Position numbers and translations under genes: made by a program. The notes beneath the pieces are model-generated. The model did not search any database, was not told where the DNA came from, and saw nothing but the letters and a program-made list of their open reading frames with translations. This document shows positions 35,337 to 44,493 of a DNA stretch of 64,000 nucleotides, in pieces. This DNA is from Spirochaetales bacterium (GTDB taxonomy: Bacteria > Spirochaetota > Spirochaetia > DSM-27196 > SLST01), in contig JBKHII010000007.1 in assembly GCA_046538735.1 (NCBI GenBank), positions 15,296-79,295 of the forward strand, in the 5' to 3' direction. Each line of letters begins with the position of its first letter. Position 1 is the stretch's first letter.

Positions 35337-36556
35337 CTGGCGACTCCGGCCTCGAAGAGTCGATCCGTACGCCACCACACGAGAGCAACGTCGTCCCTCG
35401 TCGCGAGCATTCCGCTCAGGATCCCGTCGTGCGAAACGTGCAGGTCGCGGATCACGACATCCTCGTAGTCGATGCCGAGCGTTCTGCGCCTGACGACCTT
35501 CCCGCTCGTGTGCAGGATGAGGAGTTGGCTCTCCTGCTCGCTCTCGCGGCTCAGAAGGAAGAGGTGCTCGTTTGACGCGGCTCCGAGCAGCTCGTAATAG
35601 AACTCCTCGTCCTCACCGAGCGCGCCGAGCACGCCGTCCCGTCTCACGTTACGCGGGACGTCCACGAAGCCCTCGTATGCTCCATCGTCAATGTTGAGCC
35701 AATAGACGCGACTCATGAGCCGATTGATCGACCCGCCGCCGCCGGCGTCACCCTCGTCGTGCGCGTAGTAGTTGATCTTCGCGTAGAGCCGCCGGAGCTC
35801 CTGGTCCGGTCGAATCGACTCGAGGATCGGCGCGGCGGCGACGTCGCTCGGGACGGGTAGCGTATCGGGTGTGATCTCCACACGTCGAAGCAACGTGCCG
35901 TCGGAGGCGAACCAGTAGACGATCGACCGCGGTGGGGCCGAGGTCACGACCACGATTTCGTCGCTCGCCGTCACCTCGATCTCCTGGATGTGCGGGAAGA
36001 AGCTTCCTCCGATTCCCTCCTGACCGAGATAGTCGATCTGATTGCCTCTCTGATCGAGTCGGACGACGACGCGGTTGAGTCGGACGCCGAGCTCCTCGTC
36101 GAAGACGGCGACCCGATCGGGCACCTGATCCTCCACGAGGAGCGTCTTGTCGCTCGTGACGGCAACCTCGCCCACGGTGTTGAAGGGGTACTCGTACGCC
36201 CGGCGATTCGTCACGCGCTCCTCGTCCGAGCTCGACTGGAGCATCACGGGGCGCGGATTCTGCGATGGATTGTAGTAGAGCGTGAGCAGGTCGCCGTAGG
36301 AGGTGAACTCCATGATGCGGTTGCCGTAGCCGCTCGCGACGTAGAAGAGACCGCCGCGCATGGCCATGCGCGTCTTCCGCGTCAGCGCGGAACCGTCCAG
36401 ATAGAGCTCGATCTGGTCCTCCATCTTCCCGTATTCCAGCGAGAAGAGGTCCTGTCGCTCCAGGACGGGCACGTGACTCCGCGAGCACGCGCTCGGGAGC
36501 AAAACGGCGAGAGCCGACAGGGCGAGCAGCATTCGAACGCGGGATCGTAGCGACAT
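35333..36556 (-). CDS. Putative lipoprotein, unknown function
   Basis: [24 protein letters not shown] has a lipobox. 407 aa, beta-rich composition. Confidence 0.65.
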   Translation of the reverse strand: MSLRSRVRMLLALSALAVLLPSACSRSHVPVLERQDLFSLEYGKMEDQIELYLDGSALTRKTRMAMRGGLFYVASGYGNRIMEFTSYGDLLTLYYNPSQNPRPVMLQSSSDEERVTNRRAYEYPFNTVGEVAVTSDKTLLVEDQVPDRVAVFDEELGVRLNRVVVRLDQRGNQIDYLGQEGIGGSFFPHIQEIEVTASDEIVVVTSAPPRSIVYWFASDGTLLRRVEITPDTLPVPSDVAAAPILESIRPDQELRRLYAKINYYAHDEGDAGGGGSINRLMSRVYWLNIDDGAYEGFVDVPRNVRRDGVLGALGEDEEFYYELLGAASNEHLFLLSRESEQESQLLILHTSGKVVRRRTLGIDYEDVVIRDLHVSHDGILSGMLATRDDVALVWWRTDRLFEAGVAR

Positions 36557-36597
36557 TGGTATGTGATACTACCGGCCTCGGTCACGAGGTGTCAATC

Positions 36598-36627
36598 TTG
36601 ACCGGCCTCCGAGACCCCCGATACATT
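36598..36627 (+). promoter_or_regulatory. Sigma70-type promoter TTGACC-N18-TACATT abutting the secA ATG
   Basis: TTGACC 36598-36603 and TACATT 36622-36627. 6 nt to ATG 36634 and no SD. Confidence 0.4.
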
Positions 36628-36633
36628 GGTGCT

Positions 36634-39405
36634 ATGCTTCAGAACGTGATCGACGCGCTGTTCGGCTCCAAGAACGAAGCCGACCTCAAGGCGCTGCTCC
36701 CCCTCCTCCATTCGGTGAACGCCGCCGAGCCGTGGGCGATGTCGCTCTCCCCCGACGAGTTCCCGGAGCAGACGAAGCGCTTTCGAGAGCGTGTTCGGTC
36801 CGGCGAGACGCTCGACGCCCTTCTCCCCGAAGCGTACGCGCTCGTGCGCGAGGCCGCTCGGCGGACGCTCGGCGAGCGGCTCTACGACGTGCAGATCCTC
36901 GGAGGCATCGTCCTGCATCAGGGCAAGATCATGGAGATGAAGACGGGCGAAGGAAAGACGGTCAGCAGCGTCACGGCCGCCTATCTCAACTCGCTCGCCG
37001 GCAAGGGCGTCCACATCGTAACGGTGAACGACTATCTCGCCGAACGAGACGCCAACTGGATGAAGCCGATCTACGACTACCTCGGCGTTTCCGTGGGCGC
37101 GATCCTCGCCAACATGGACAACGAGGCGCGCAAAGAGGCGTACCGCAAAGATATCACCTACGGCACGAACAACGAGTTCGGATTCGACTACCTGCGCGAC
37201 AACATGCGATTCGACGCGTCCCGCAAGGTCCAGGCGGGCCACCACTTCTGTGTCGTGGACGAGATCGACTCGATCCTGATCGACGAGGCGCGTACGCCGC
37301 TCATCATCTCGGGCCCGGCCGAGGACGACACACGGAAGTACAACGCGGTCAACCGCGTGGTTCACGACCTCGCAGAGTGCGAGAAGGATCCGGAGACCGA
37401 CGACTACCCGGAGGAGCCGGTCGGCGACTACAAGCTCGAGGAGAAGTCGAAGCGCGTGTCGTTTACCGAACAGGGTCTGGCGCACCTCGAGGAGCTCCTG
37501 CAGCGGGCGAGGATCATCGGCGACAGCCTCTTCGTGGACGAGAACTTCGAGTACATCCACCTCGCGACGCAAGCGGTGCGAGCGCATCGTCTCTTCAAGA
37601 AGGACCAGCAGTACGTCGTCGCCGAGGGCAAGGTCGAGATCGTTGACGAGTTCACCGGACGCATCCTTCACGGCCGTCGCTACTCGGACGGCCTCCACCA
37701 GGCGATCGAGGCGAAGGAAGGCATCAAGATCGCCGAGCGCAACCGCACGCTCGCGACGATCACCTTCCAGAACTTCTTCCGCATGTACGACAAAATCTCC
37801 GGAATGACCGGTACGGCGGAGACCGAGGCGAAGGAGTTCGGCAAGATCTACGGACTCGACGTCGTGGTCATACCCACGAATCGACCGGTGGCCCGGATCG
37901 ACCAGGACGACGTCATCTACGTTGACGCACGCCAGAAGTACGACGCGATCTGCGACGAGATACAGCATCTCCACGAGAAGGGACAGCCCGTGCTGGTAGG
38001 TACCGTCTCGATCGAGCGGTCGGAGGTGCTCTCGGCGATGCTCACGAAGCGTGGCGTGCGCCACGAGGTGCTCAACGCGAAGAACCACTCGCGAGAAGCG
38101 CTCATCATCGCGGAGGCCGGCGCAAAGGGCGCGGTTACGATCGCGACGAACATGGCGGGCCGCGGGACGGACATCAAGCTCGGCGGCAATCCCGAGTTCC
38201 GCGCACGTCGCAAAGTCGGGACCGACGCGACGATCGAGGAGTTCCAGCGGGCGTACGAGCGAGAGCGCGAGGCGTGGCGCGAAGACTACCGCGAGGTCCA
38301 GGAGGCGGGTGGGCTCTACGTCCTCGGAACCGAGCGGCACGAGTCGCGCCGAATCGACAATCAGTTGCGAGGTCGGTCCGGACGACAGGGCGACCCCGGC
38401 GAGAGCCGATTCTTCCTCTCCATGGACGACGATCTCATGCGGCTCTTCGGTCGCGGAGGCGCAAATCTCAAGGCGATCATGACGCGCGGACTCCCGGAGG
38501 GAGAGCCGCTCAACCATCCCATCATCAACCGGAGTATCGAACGCGCGCAGAAACGCGTTGAGGAGCGCAACTTCGACATCCGGAAGCACCTGCTCGAGTA
38601 CGACGATGTGCTCAACGAGCAGCGCAAGTACATCTACGAACAGCGGGATACGATCCTCGTGGACCGTTCGTTGCGAGACCGCGTCATGGCAACCGCGCGA
38701 GACCTCATCTCCGAATCGCTCGAGGACGTCACCGAACCCGGAGACGCAACCCCCTCACGAATCGCTGAGCTCGTCGACTTCCTGCGAGAGCGTCTCTACT
38801 ACACTCCCGACGTTTCGGCGGACGAGCTCGCGGGCAAACCCGCGCGCGAGATCGAAGAGCTCCTGATTCAGGAAATGGAAGCCGACGTCGCGGAGAAAGA
38901 GGGAATCATCGGCAAGGAGCAGCTCAATCTCGCGATTCGATACGAGTACCTGCGCAATATCGATTCCCGCTGGCAGGATCATCTGGAGAACCTCGAGGCG
39001 TTGCGTGAGGCGGTCTACCTCCGCTCGTACGCGCAGAAAAACCCCCTACTCGAGTACAAGCTCGAAGGCTTTGAGATCTTCGACGAGCTCCTGCTCGACA
39101 TCCGGCTTGCAGTCGCGCGGAAACTGATGGCGGTCAAGGCGGACGGATTCCGGGCTCGCGTGCAGAGCCCCTCACCGGTACAGGCCGCTCAGGAGCATCA
39201 CTCGCAGGTTTCCGCGTTCGGCGGCGGGCTGCGGCCGGGTGCTGCGGTCGGCGGCGGTGCCGCGGCGCTCGCGACCCGACCGCGACCCCATTCGGCGGCG
39301 CAACCCCAGCAGCAGACCGTCCGCCGATCAGTGCCCAAGGTCGGACGGAACGACCCCTGCCCGTGTGGCAGCGGCAAGAAGTACAAGCACTGCCACGGCC
39401 GCTAG
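36634..39405 (+). CDS. secA: Preprotein translocase ATPase SecA
   Basis: [15 protein letters not shown]..., [30 protein letters not shown], and the C-terminal zinc finger [14 protein letters not shown]. Confidence 0.97.
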   Translation: MLQNVIDALFGSKNEADLKALLPLLHSVNAAEPWAMSLSPDEFPEQTKRFRERVRSGETLDALLPEAYALVREAARRTLGERLYDVQILGGIVLHQGKIMEMKTGEGKTVSSVTAAYLNSLAGKGVHIVTVNDYLAERDANWMKPIYDYLGVSVGAILANMDNEARKEAYRKDITYGTNNEFGFDYLRDNMRFDASRKVQAGHHFCVVDEIDSILIDEARTPLIISGPAEDDTRKYNAVNRVVHDLAECEKDPETDDYPEEPVGDYKLEEKSKRVSFTEQGLAHLEELLQRARIIGDSLFVDENFEYIHLATQAVRAHRLFKKDQQYVVAEGKVEIVDEFTGRILHGRRYSDGLHQAIEAKEGIKIAERNRTLATITFQNFFRMYDKISGMTGTAETEAKEFGKIYGLDVVVIPTNRPVARIDQDDVIYVDARQKYDAICDEIQHLHEKGQPVLVGTVSIERSEVLSAMLTKRGVRHEVLNAKNHSREALIIAEAGAKGAVTIATNMAGRGTDIKLGGNPEFRARRKVGTDATIEEFQRAYEREREAWREDYREVQEAGGLYVLGTERHESRRIDNQLRGRSGRQGDPGESRFFLSMDDDLMRLFGRGGANLKAIMTRGLPEGEPLNHPIINRSIERAQKRVEERNFDIRKHLLEYDDVLNEQRKYIYEQRDTILVDRSLRDRVMATARDLISESLEDVTEPGDATPSRIAELVDFLRERLYYTPDVSADELAGKPAREIEELLIQEMEADVAEKEGIIGKEQLNLAIRYEYLRNIDSRWQDHLENLEALREAVYLRSYAQKNPLLEYKLEGFEIFDELLLDIRLAVARKLMAVKADGFRARVQSPSPVQAAQEHHSQVSAFGGGLRPGAAVGGGAAALATRPRPHSAAQPQQQTVRRSVPKVGRNDPCPCGSGKKYKHCHGR

Positions 39406-39414
39406 CTCTCGGCG

Positions 39415-40665
39415 CTACGGCATGTGTTTGAGGGGGTCCTCCCAGCGGCCCTGGCGGATCACGGAGAAGTGCAGATGCGGGCCGGTACTCCGGCCCGTGT
39501 TCCCGATTCGCCCGATCATTTGCCCGGCCGATACCCGCTGGCCGTTCGTCACGTTGAACGAATCCAGGTGTCCGTACAGGCTGCGGAAACCGTCTCCGTG
39601 ATCGAGAATGATCATGTTGCCAAGCGTCCCGGTGTTCGGCTCAAGGTGTACCACGCGTCCGGGTCGCGCGGCGAGAACCGGCGTACCGACCGCATTCGCC
39701 AGGTCGATGCCCGTATGCATCCTCCACTGGCCGGTGAAGGGATCAGACCTCATTCCGTAGCCCGAGGTGAACCTGAAGTTCCGCACCGGCCACTGAAACA
39801 GCTCTCCGATCGCGAGGAGGTACTCGTTCTCGTCCATCTCCGCACCGGGGACGAAGAGGGTCTCTCCAACCTGCAACACGCTCGTCTCCAGATCGTTCGC
39901 GTCCAGGATCGGGGCGACCGGCACGCCGTACTGACCCGCTATCGAAGAGAGCGACTCGCTCGGCTGTACCGCGTGGAAGAGCCCGTCCCGGTCCGGGATA
40001 GAGAGCGTTGTCCCGGGGAGCAACCGGCGGACATCGTCGATCGGGTTCATCGAGAGAATCGTCCCGGGCTCGATGCCGAACTCGTACGCGATCTCCGAGA
40101 TCGTGTCTCCCGGTTCCACCTCGTACTCGACTCGGCGGATGCGCTCGAAATTCGTCGCGTCGATCGCCAGCGTCTCGCCGCCTCCCTGCCCGGTCATCGT
40201 GTCTACGGTTGCCAGGAGCGTCTCAGAAGGCGTTCTGGGAATGCGCAGCCCGACTCGCTGCGCGTAGAAGTCGAAGGCCCCGAGGATCGGCATCAGCAGC
40301 GCCGATGCGACAATGGCCACCGGAACGGCCACCGCCGTCGCGAGCGCGGCTCCGGGAATACGGCTGACCGCCCTGTGGATCGTGTTCCGCACTCGGCTGC
40401 GTCGCGAACGAGGTCGCCCGGGCAGCGCCGCACGCGCGCGACCGAGCCTGCGGCGTGGGTCGCGCATTGCAACGCTGCGGAGGTTGGCCGGCTCCGCGCG
40501 CCTGCGGTCCGGAGGCCTCACGCCGCTCGGATCGGCTCCGCCAAGCGCGAAGTCGTGGCCAACGCCGGGGCGACCCGGTCGCCCGGTTGCCCGGGATTCG
40601 GTGCGCCCTCGCGGTCTTCGATCAATCCGTTGTGTCTCAATGATCCCACGCATCTCTCTATCCAT
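39415..40665 (-). CDS. LysM-domain M23 family peptidoglycan metalloendopeptidase
   Basis: Two LysM repeats (YEVEPGDTISEIAYEFG, HAVQPSESLSSIAGQYG) and M23 motifs (HTGIDLA, GSTGRSTGPHLHF-like GNTGRSTGPHLHF). Start uncertain. Confidence 0.85.
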   Translation of the reverse strand: MDREMRGIIETQRIDRRPRGRTESRATGRPGRPGVGHDFALGGADPSGVRPPDRRRAEPANLRSVAMRDPRRRLGRARAALPGRPRSRRSRVRNTIHRAVSRIPGAALATAVAVPVAIVASALLMPILGAFDFYAQRVGLRIPRTPSETLLATVDTMTGQGGGETLAIDATNFERIRRVEYEVEPGDTISEIAYEFGIEPGTILSMNPIDDVRRLLPGTTLSIPDRDGLFHAVQPSESLSSIAGQYGVPVAPILDANDLETSVLQVGETLFVPGAEMDENEYLLAIGELFQWPVRNFRFTSGYGMRSDPFTGQWRMHTGIDLANAVGTPVLAARPGRVVHLEPNTGTLGNMIILDHGDGFRSLYGHLDSFNVTNGQRVSAGQMIGRIGNTGRSTGPHLHFSVIRQGRWEDPLKHMP

Positions 40666-40718
40666 ATCGACATGTTCACCGACGCTTGTTATAGTCCGAT
40701 ACTGAACTAGAGCCGCTT

Positions 40719-42599
40719 GTGGCCCACGATATCCGAGATTCCATCGAAGCCCAGCCTCCTCACCGCCCGCCGCGAGGCCGATTCTACACGGTTTTCGCCA
40801 TCGTTGCCGTCGTCGTCGTCCTCGTGCTCGTCCGCTATGGTTCGATCATGCTCTCGGCCGCGGCTCCCGTGCCGGCCACGAACGTGCCCGCCCCGGTCGA
40901 ACGCGGACCGATCCTTGATCGCAACGGACGCATCCTCGCGATCCAGACGTCGCTCGAGACCGTCTGGGCGTGGCGCCCGGAGGTAGAGGACCCCGCGCGC
41001 ACGGCCCGCGAGCTCGCACCGCTCATCGACATGGAACCGGCCGTTCTCGCCCGGAGGCTGACCGGACCCACGGGATCGGTCACGATCAAACGAACGATCT
41101 CCCCGGGCGAGAGCGAGGCGATCCGTGCGGCGCAGGAAGAAGGGCTCCTTCAGGGCATCCGTCTTCGAGAAGACTACGGACGCAGCTACCCCGAGCGCGA
41201 GAGTCTCGCACCGGTCGTGGGGTTCGTGGGTGCGGACGGGCACGGGATGACGGGGATCGAGTACACGATGGAGCAGTGGCTCTCCCCGAGCTCCGACGGG
41301 GCCGGGTTCGGCAACCAGGTCTTCCTCACCGTGGACATGAACATCCAGCACGAGTCCGAACGCCTCGCGCGCGAGGCGCTCGAGCGATACGACGCGGATT
41401 CCGTGGTCTTGCTCACGATGGACGCGGAGAGCGGCGACCTCCTCGGGTACGCATCGCTCCCCGGTTTCGACGCAAACCAGTACGGGACGTACTCGGAGCA
41501 GGAACGGCGCAATCGCCCCATCTCGGACGTCTACGAGCCGGGCAGCGTCTTCAAGATCTTCTCCATTGGAAGCTTCCTGCAGGTCGACGCGATTTCCATG
41601 GGCTCCACCTACGCGACGAACGGCATCTTCACCGGAGTGCAGCCGCCGATTCACGACCTCGCGAACTACGGCACCATCGATACCACCGGCATCATCCGAT
41701 ACTCGAGCAACGTGGGCGCCGCGATTGCGAGCGAGCGGGTTTCCGCTCGCTCGTTCTACAACATGCTGCGGCTGTTCGGATTCGGTGAGAAGACCGGAGT
41801 CGGTCTCAACGGCGAGGAAGCAGGTATCCTCGCGCGACCCGATAACTGGTCCGGCCGCACCAGGGCAACCCTTGCGATCGGGCAGGAGATCGCCGTGACC
41901 GCGCTGCAACTCGTCTCCGCGGCAACCGTGTACGCGAATCACGGGATTCTCATCAAACCGAACATCGTGGATAAGGTCGTCTCGCCAACGGGGCGCGTGC
42001 TCGCAGACTACGGCCGCACCCCGGTTCGCGAAGTCGTCTCACCTCAGACCGCCGCCGAGGTACTCTCCGCGATGGAGGAGGCCGTCTCCAACAACGGAAC
42101 CGCGCGAAGAATCGAGTACGAAGGGCTGCGAATCGCCGCGAAGACCGGCACGGCCGAGAGCCTCGATCCCGCGACCGGCACGTACTCAGAGGACGCGTTC
42201 GTCGCGTCCACGCTCGCGATCCTTCCCGCAGACTCACCTTCTCTGATCATCTACATGGCGATCCACTATCCGAAGGGCGGAGAGTTCTACGGCGGACGAA
42301 TCGTCACCCCGATCGTCCGCGACTACCTCGACTTCCTCGTTCCTTACCTGGGGATCCCGGTGGAAGGAGACGGGAGGGTCGTACACGCGGGCCGCATCAC
42401 CGTCCAGCAGGTCGTCCTACCCTCGATTGACGACACCGTGCCCGACTTCTCCGGACTGCCCAAGAGGACGCTCCTGCCGCTCCTCGAACGAGACGACGTG
42501 CGCGTCGTGATCGACGGATACGGCTGGGTCGCCCGACAGTCGCCGCCGCCGGGCACCCCGTTCGAGCGTGGGATGACGCTCCGCCTGGAGCTGGAGTAG
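40719..42599 (+). CDS. Class B penicillin-binding protein (FtsI/PBP2-type transpeptidase) with C-terminal PASTA-like domain
   Basis: N-terminal TM, then SxxK (GSVFKIF), SSN (YSSNVG) and KTGT (AAKTGTA). GTG start. Confidence 0.9.
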   Translation: MAHDIRDSIEAQPPHRPPRGRFYTVFAIVAVVVVLVLVRYGSIMLSAAAPVPATNVPAPVERGPILDRNGRILAIQTSLETVWAWRPEVEDPARTARELAPLIDMEPAVLARRLTGPTGSVTIKRTISPGESEAIRAAQEEGLLQGIRLREDYGRSYPERESLAPVVGFVGADGHGMTGIEYTMEQWLSPSSDGAGFGNQVFLTVDMNIQHESERLAREALERYDADSVVLLTMDAESGDLLGYASLPGFDANQYGTYSEQERRNRPISDVYEPGSVFKIFSIGSFLQVDAISMGSTYATNGIFTGVQPPIHDLANYGTIDTTGIIRYSSNVGAAIASERVSARSFYNMLRLFGFGEKTGVGLNGEEAGILARPDNWSGRTRATLAIGQEIAVTALQLVSAATVYANHGILIKPNIVDKVVSPTGRVLADYGRTPVREVVSPQTAAEVLSAMEEAVSNNGTARRIEYEGLRIAAKTGTAESLDPATGTYSEDAFVASTLAILPADSPSLIIYMAIHYPKGGEFYGGRIVTPIVRDYLDFLVPYLGIPVEGDGRVVHAGRITVQQVVLPSIDDTVPDFSGLPKRTLLPLLERDDVRVVIDGYGWVARQSPPPGTPFERGMTLRLELE

Positions 42600-42600
42600 C

Positions 42601-44337
42601 ATGACCGGGCACCAGGTGATTCGACTCGAGAACGCCCGAAACGGCAGCCCAACGCTCCTCGTGGACGGGCGCTTCGTTCACAGCCGCCATGATCCCGAGC
42701 GCGAGGCGGAGCGCACGGCCTCACAGATCGCCCGCCGGGAACCGCCGGCGGTCGTCATGCTCGGCCTCGGCCTCGGCTACCACGCGGCGTATCTGCTTCG
42801 CCGGACGGAGGCAACGGTGGTCGTCGCGTTCGAACCGTCGCGAGAGATCGTCGACCTCGCGTTCGAACACGGTCCGCTTGCGGACGCGTCGCAGAGGGAG
42901 CGGCTGACGATCGTGACAACGGTCGACGATCTCTCGGCGGCGCTCCCCCGCCTCGCGGCCGAGGGCTTCGAGTCGCTCGTCCTTCCCGGCCGTTCACCCG
43001 AGGAAGAGCCGTTCGCCGGCGCACGGCGGGCGCTCGAGTCGTTCGCCGCGCGCGTCGAAATCAACCGAAGCACGCTCGCGCGGTTCGGACGCCTGTGGGT
43101 GAGGAACCTCTGCCGGAACGTTCCGCGCCTCGTAACCGGCCGCGGAGTCGATCAGCTTCGAAACGCGTTCGCCGGCGTTCCCGTGCTTCTGCTCGCGGCC
43201 GGCCCCTCGCTCGATCAGGTACTCCCGCATCTGCGTGAGATCGCGAACCGCACGCTCGTCGTCGCCGTGGACACCGCGCTCCCGGCTGCGCTCCGTTTCG
43301 GAGTCGAACCCGATTTCGCCGTCGTCGTGGATCCCCAGTACTGGAACGCCCGCCACTTGGACAGAGTCTCGCCAAAGAGAACGGTGCTCGTCTCGGAAGC
43401 GTCCGCGCACCCACGGGTATTCGAGCCGTTCGCCAAGCCCGTCTTCTTCTGCTCGAGCGTCTTTCCGCTCGGCCGCGTTCTCGAGCAGGCGCTCGGCGCC
43501 TTCGGACCGCTTGGCGCCGGAGGTTCGGTCTCCACGACCGCATGGGACCTTGCCCGCGTCCTCGGCGCGCCCGCCGTCTACACGGCCGGACTCGATCTCG
43601 GCTTCCCCGGCGGCCGGACCCACGTGAGGTCCAGCTTCTTCGAAGAGCTCGCACTCATACGAGGTCTGCGCCTCGCCCCCGCCGAAGCCGTGGTATTCCG
43701 ATACACCTGGGGAGCCGGACCGAGACCGATTCCTGCAAACGACGGCGCGGAGCTCCTCTCCGACCGGCGGATGGACATCTACCGCTCGTGGTTCGCCTCG
43801 CAACTCGCACGATCGGGGGCCCCGCCGACCTTCTCCCTCACGCGGGGCGGAGCGCAGATCGACAGTTTGTCGCCCGCCTCGCTCGCGGACCTCCGCGCGC
43901 TCGAGCCCCGGCGTGCCGACATCAACGAGCGTCTCGCCGCCGTCCGGAAGCGCACGACTCGGTCGGAGTCCGCGGATACCGCGGAGCGCAACCGCGTCTT
44001 GCGCAGAACGCTCCAGGGCGTGCGTGACGACGTTGTAGACCTCCTCGCCGTCGCACAGGCCGCGGTCACCGAGATCGATCGCATCCGAGCCGACTACGAC
44101 TCGGGGACGGCCGTGGACTTCTCGCCGCTGGCACCGCTCGATCGTCGGCTCGCCTCGCATGCAGGCGCGGCGGTGGGCAGCTTCCTCATCCAGGAATCGA
44201 TCTCGCAGATACGCTCAGGCTACGGCAGCGGAGATCTCGAGGAGCAGATCAACGCGTCCGAGTCGATCTATCGCGGCCTGGCGAACGCGGCGGTCTTTCA
44301 CGCCGAACAGCTCGAGAATGCCGTCGAACGAATTTAA
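42601..44337 (+). CDS. Maf-like motility-associated factor (DUF115/MptE-like, putative flagellin nonulosonic-acid glycosyltransferase)
   Basis: GSPTLLVDGRFVHSRHDPEREAER N-terminus and the core GVPVLLLAAGPSLD...VVAVDTALPAALRFGVEPDFAVVVDPQ, typical of DUF115. ATG lies 1 nt after the PBP stop. Confidence 0.65.
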   Translation: MTGHQVIRLENARNGSPTLLVDGRFVHSRHDPEREAERTASQIARREPPAVVMLGLGLGYHAAYLLRRTEATVVVAFEPSREIVDLAFEHGPLADASQRERLTIVTTVDDLSAALPRLAAEGFESLVLPGRSPEEEPFAGARRALESFAARVEINRSTLARFGRLWVRNLCRNVPRLVTGRGVDQLRNAFAGVPVLLLAAGPSLDQVLPHLREIANRTLVVAVDTALPAALRFGVEPDFAVVVDPQYWNARHLDRVSPKRTVLVSEASAHPRVFEPFAKPVFFCSSVFPLGRVLEQALGAFGPLGAGGSVSTTAWDLARVLGAPAVYTAGLDLGFPGGRTHVRSSFFEELALIRGLRLAPAEAVVFRYTWGAGPRPIPANDGAELLSDRRMDIYRSWFASQLARSGAPPTFSLTRGGAQIDSLSPASLADLRALEPRRADINERLAAVRKRTTRSESADTAERNRVLRRTLQGVRDDVVDLLAVAQAAVTEIDRIRADYDSGTAVDFSPLAPLDRRLASHAGAAVGSFLIQESISQIRSGYGSGDLEEQINASESIYRGLANAAVFHAEQLENAVERI

Positions 44338-44426
44338 ACGCTCAAGTCTATGACCGGCGGAACCGAGTCTCTAGGTGGGTGACATCTCATCCAAACGGTA
44401 TGCAGTGTGCACCGCGAGCCATCGCG

Positions 44427-44460
44427 GGTATGCAGACGTCCAGGCATACCGTTTTTTTTT
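44427..44460 (+). terminator. Intrinsic terminator (7-bp stem plus T9) after the Maf-like gene
   Basis: GGTATGC (44427-44433), 10-nt loop, GCATACC (44444-44450), G, then T9 (44452-44460). Confidence 0.6.
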
Positions 44461-44493
44461 GGGGGCGGGGTCCGAACGGGCCCCGCCTCGATT

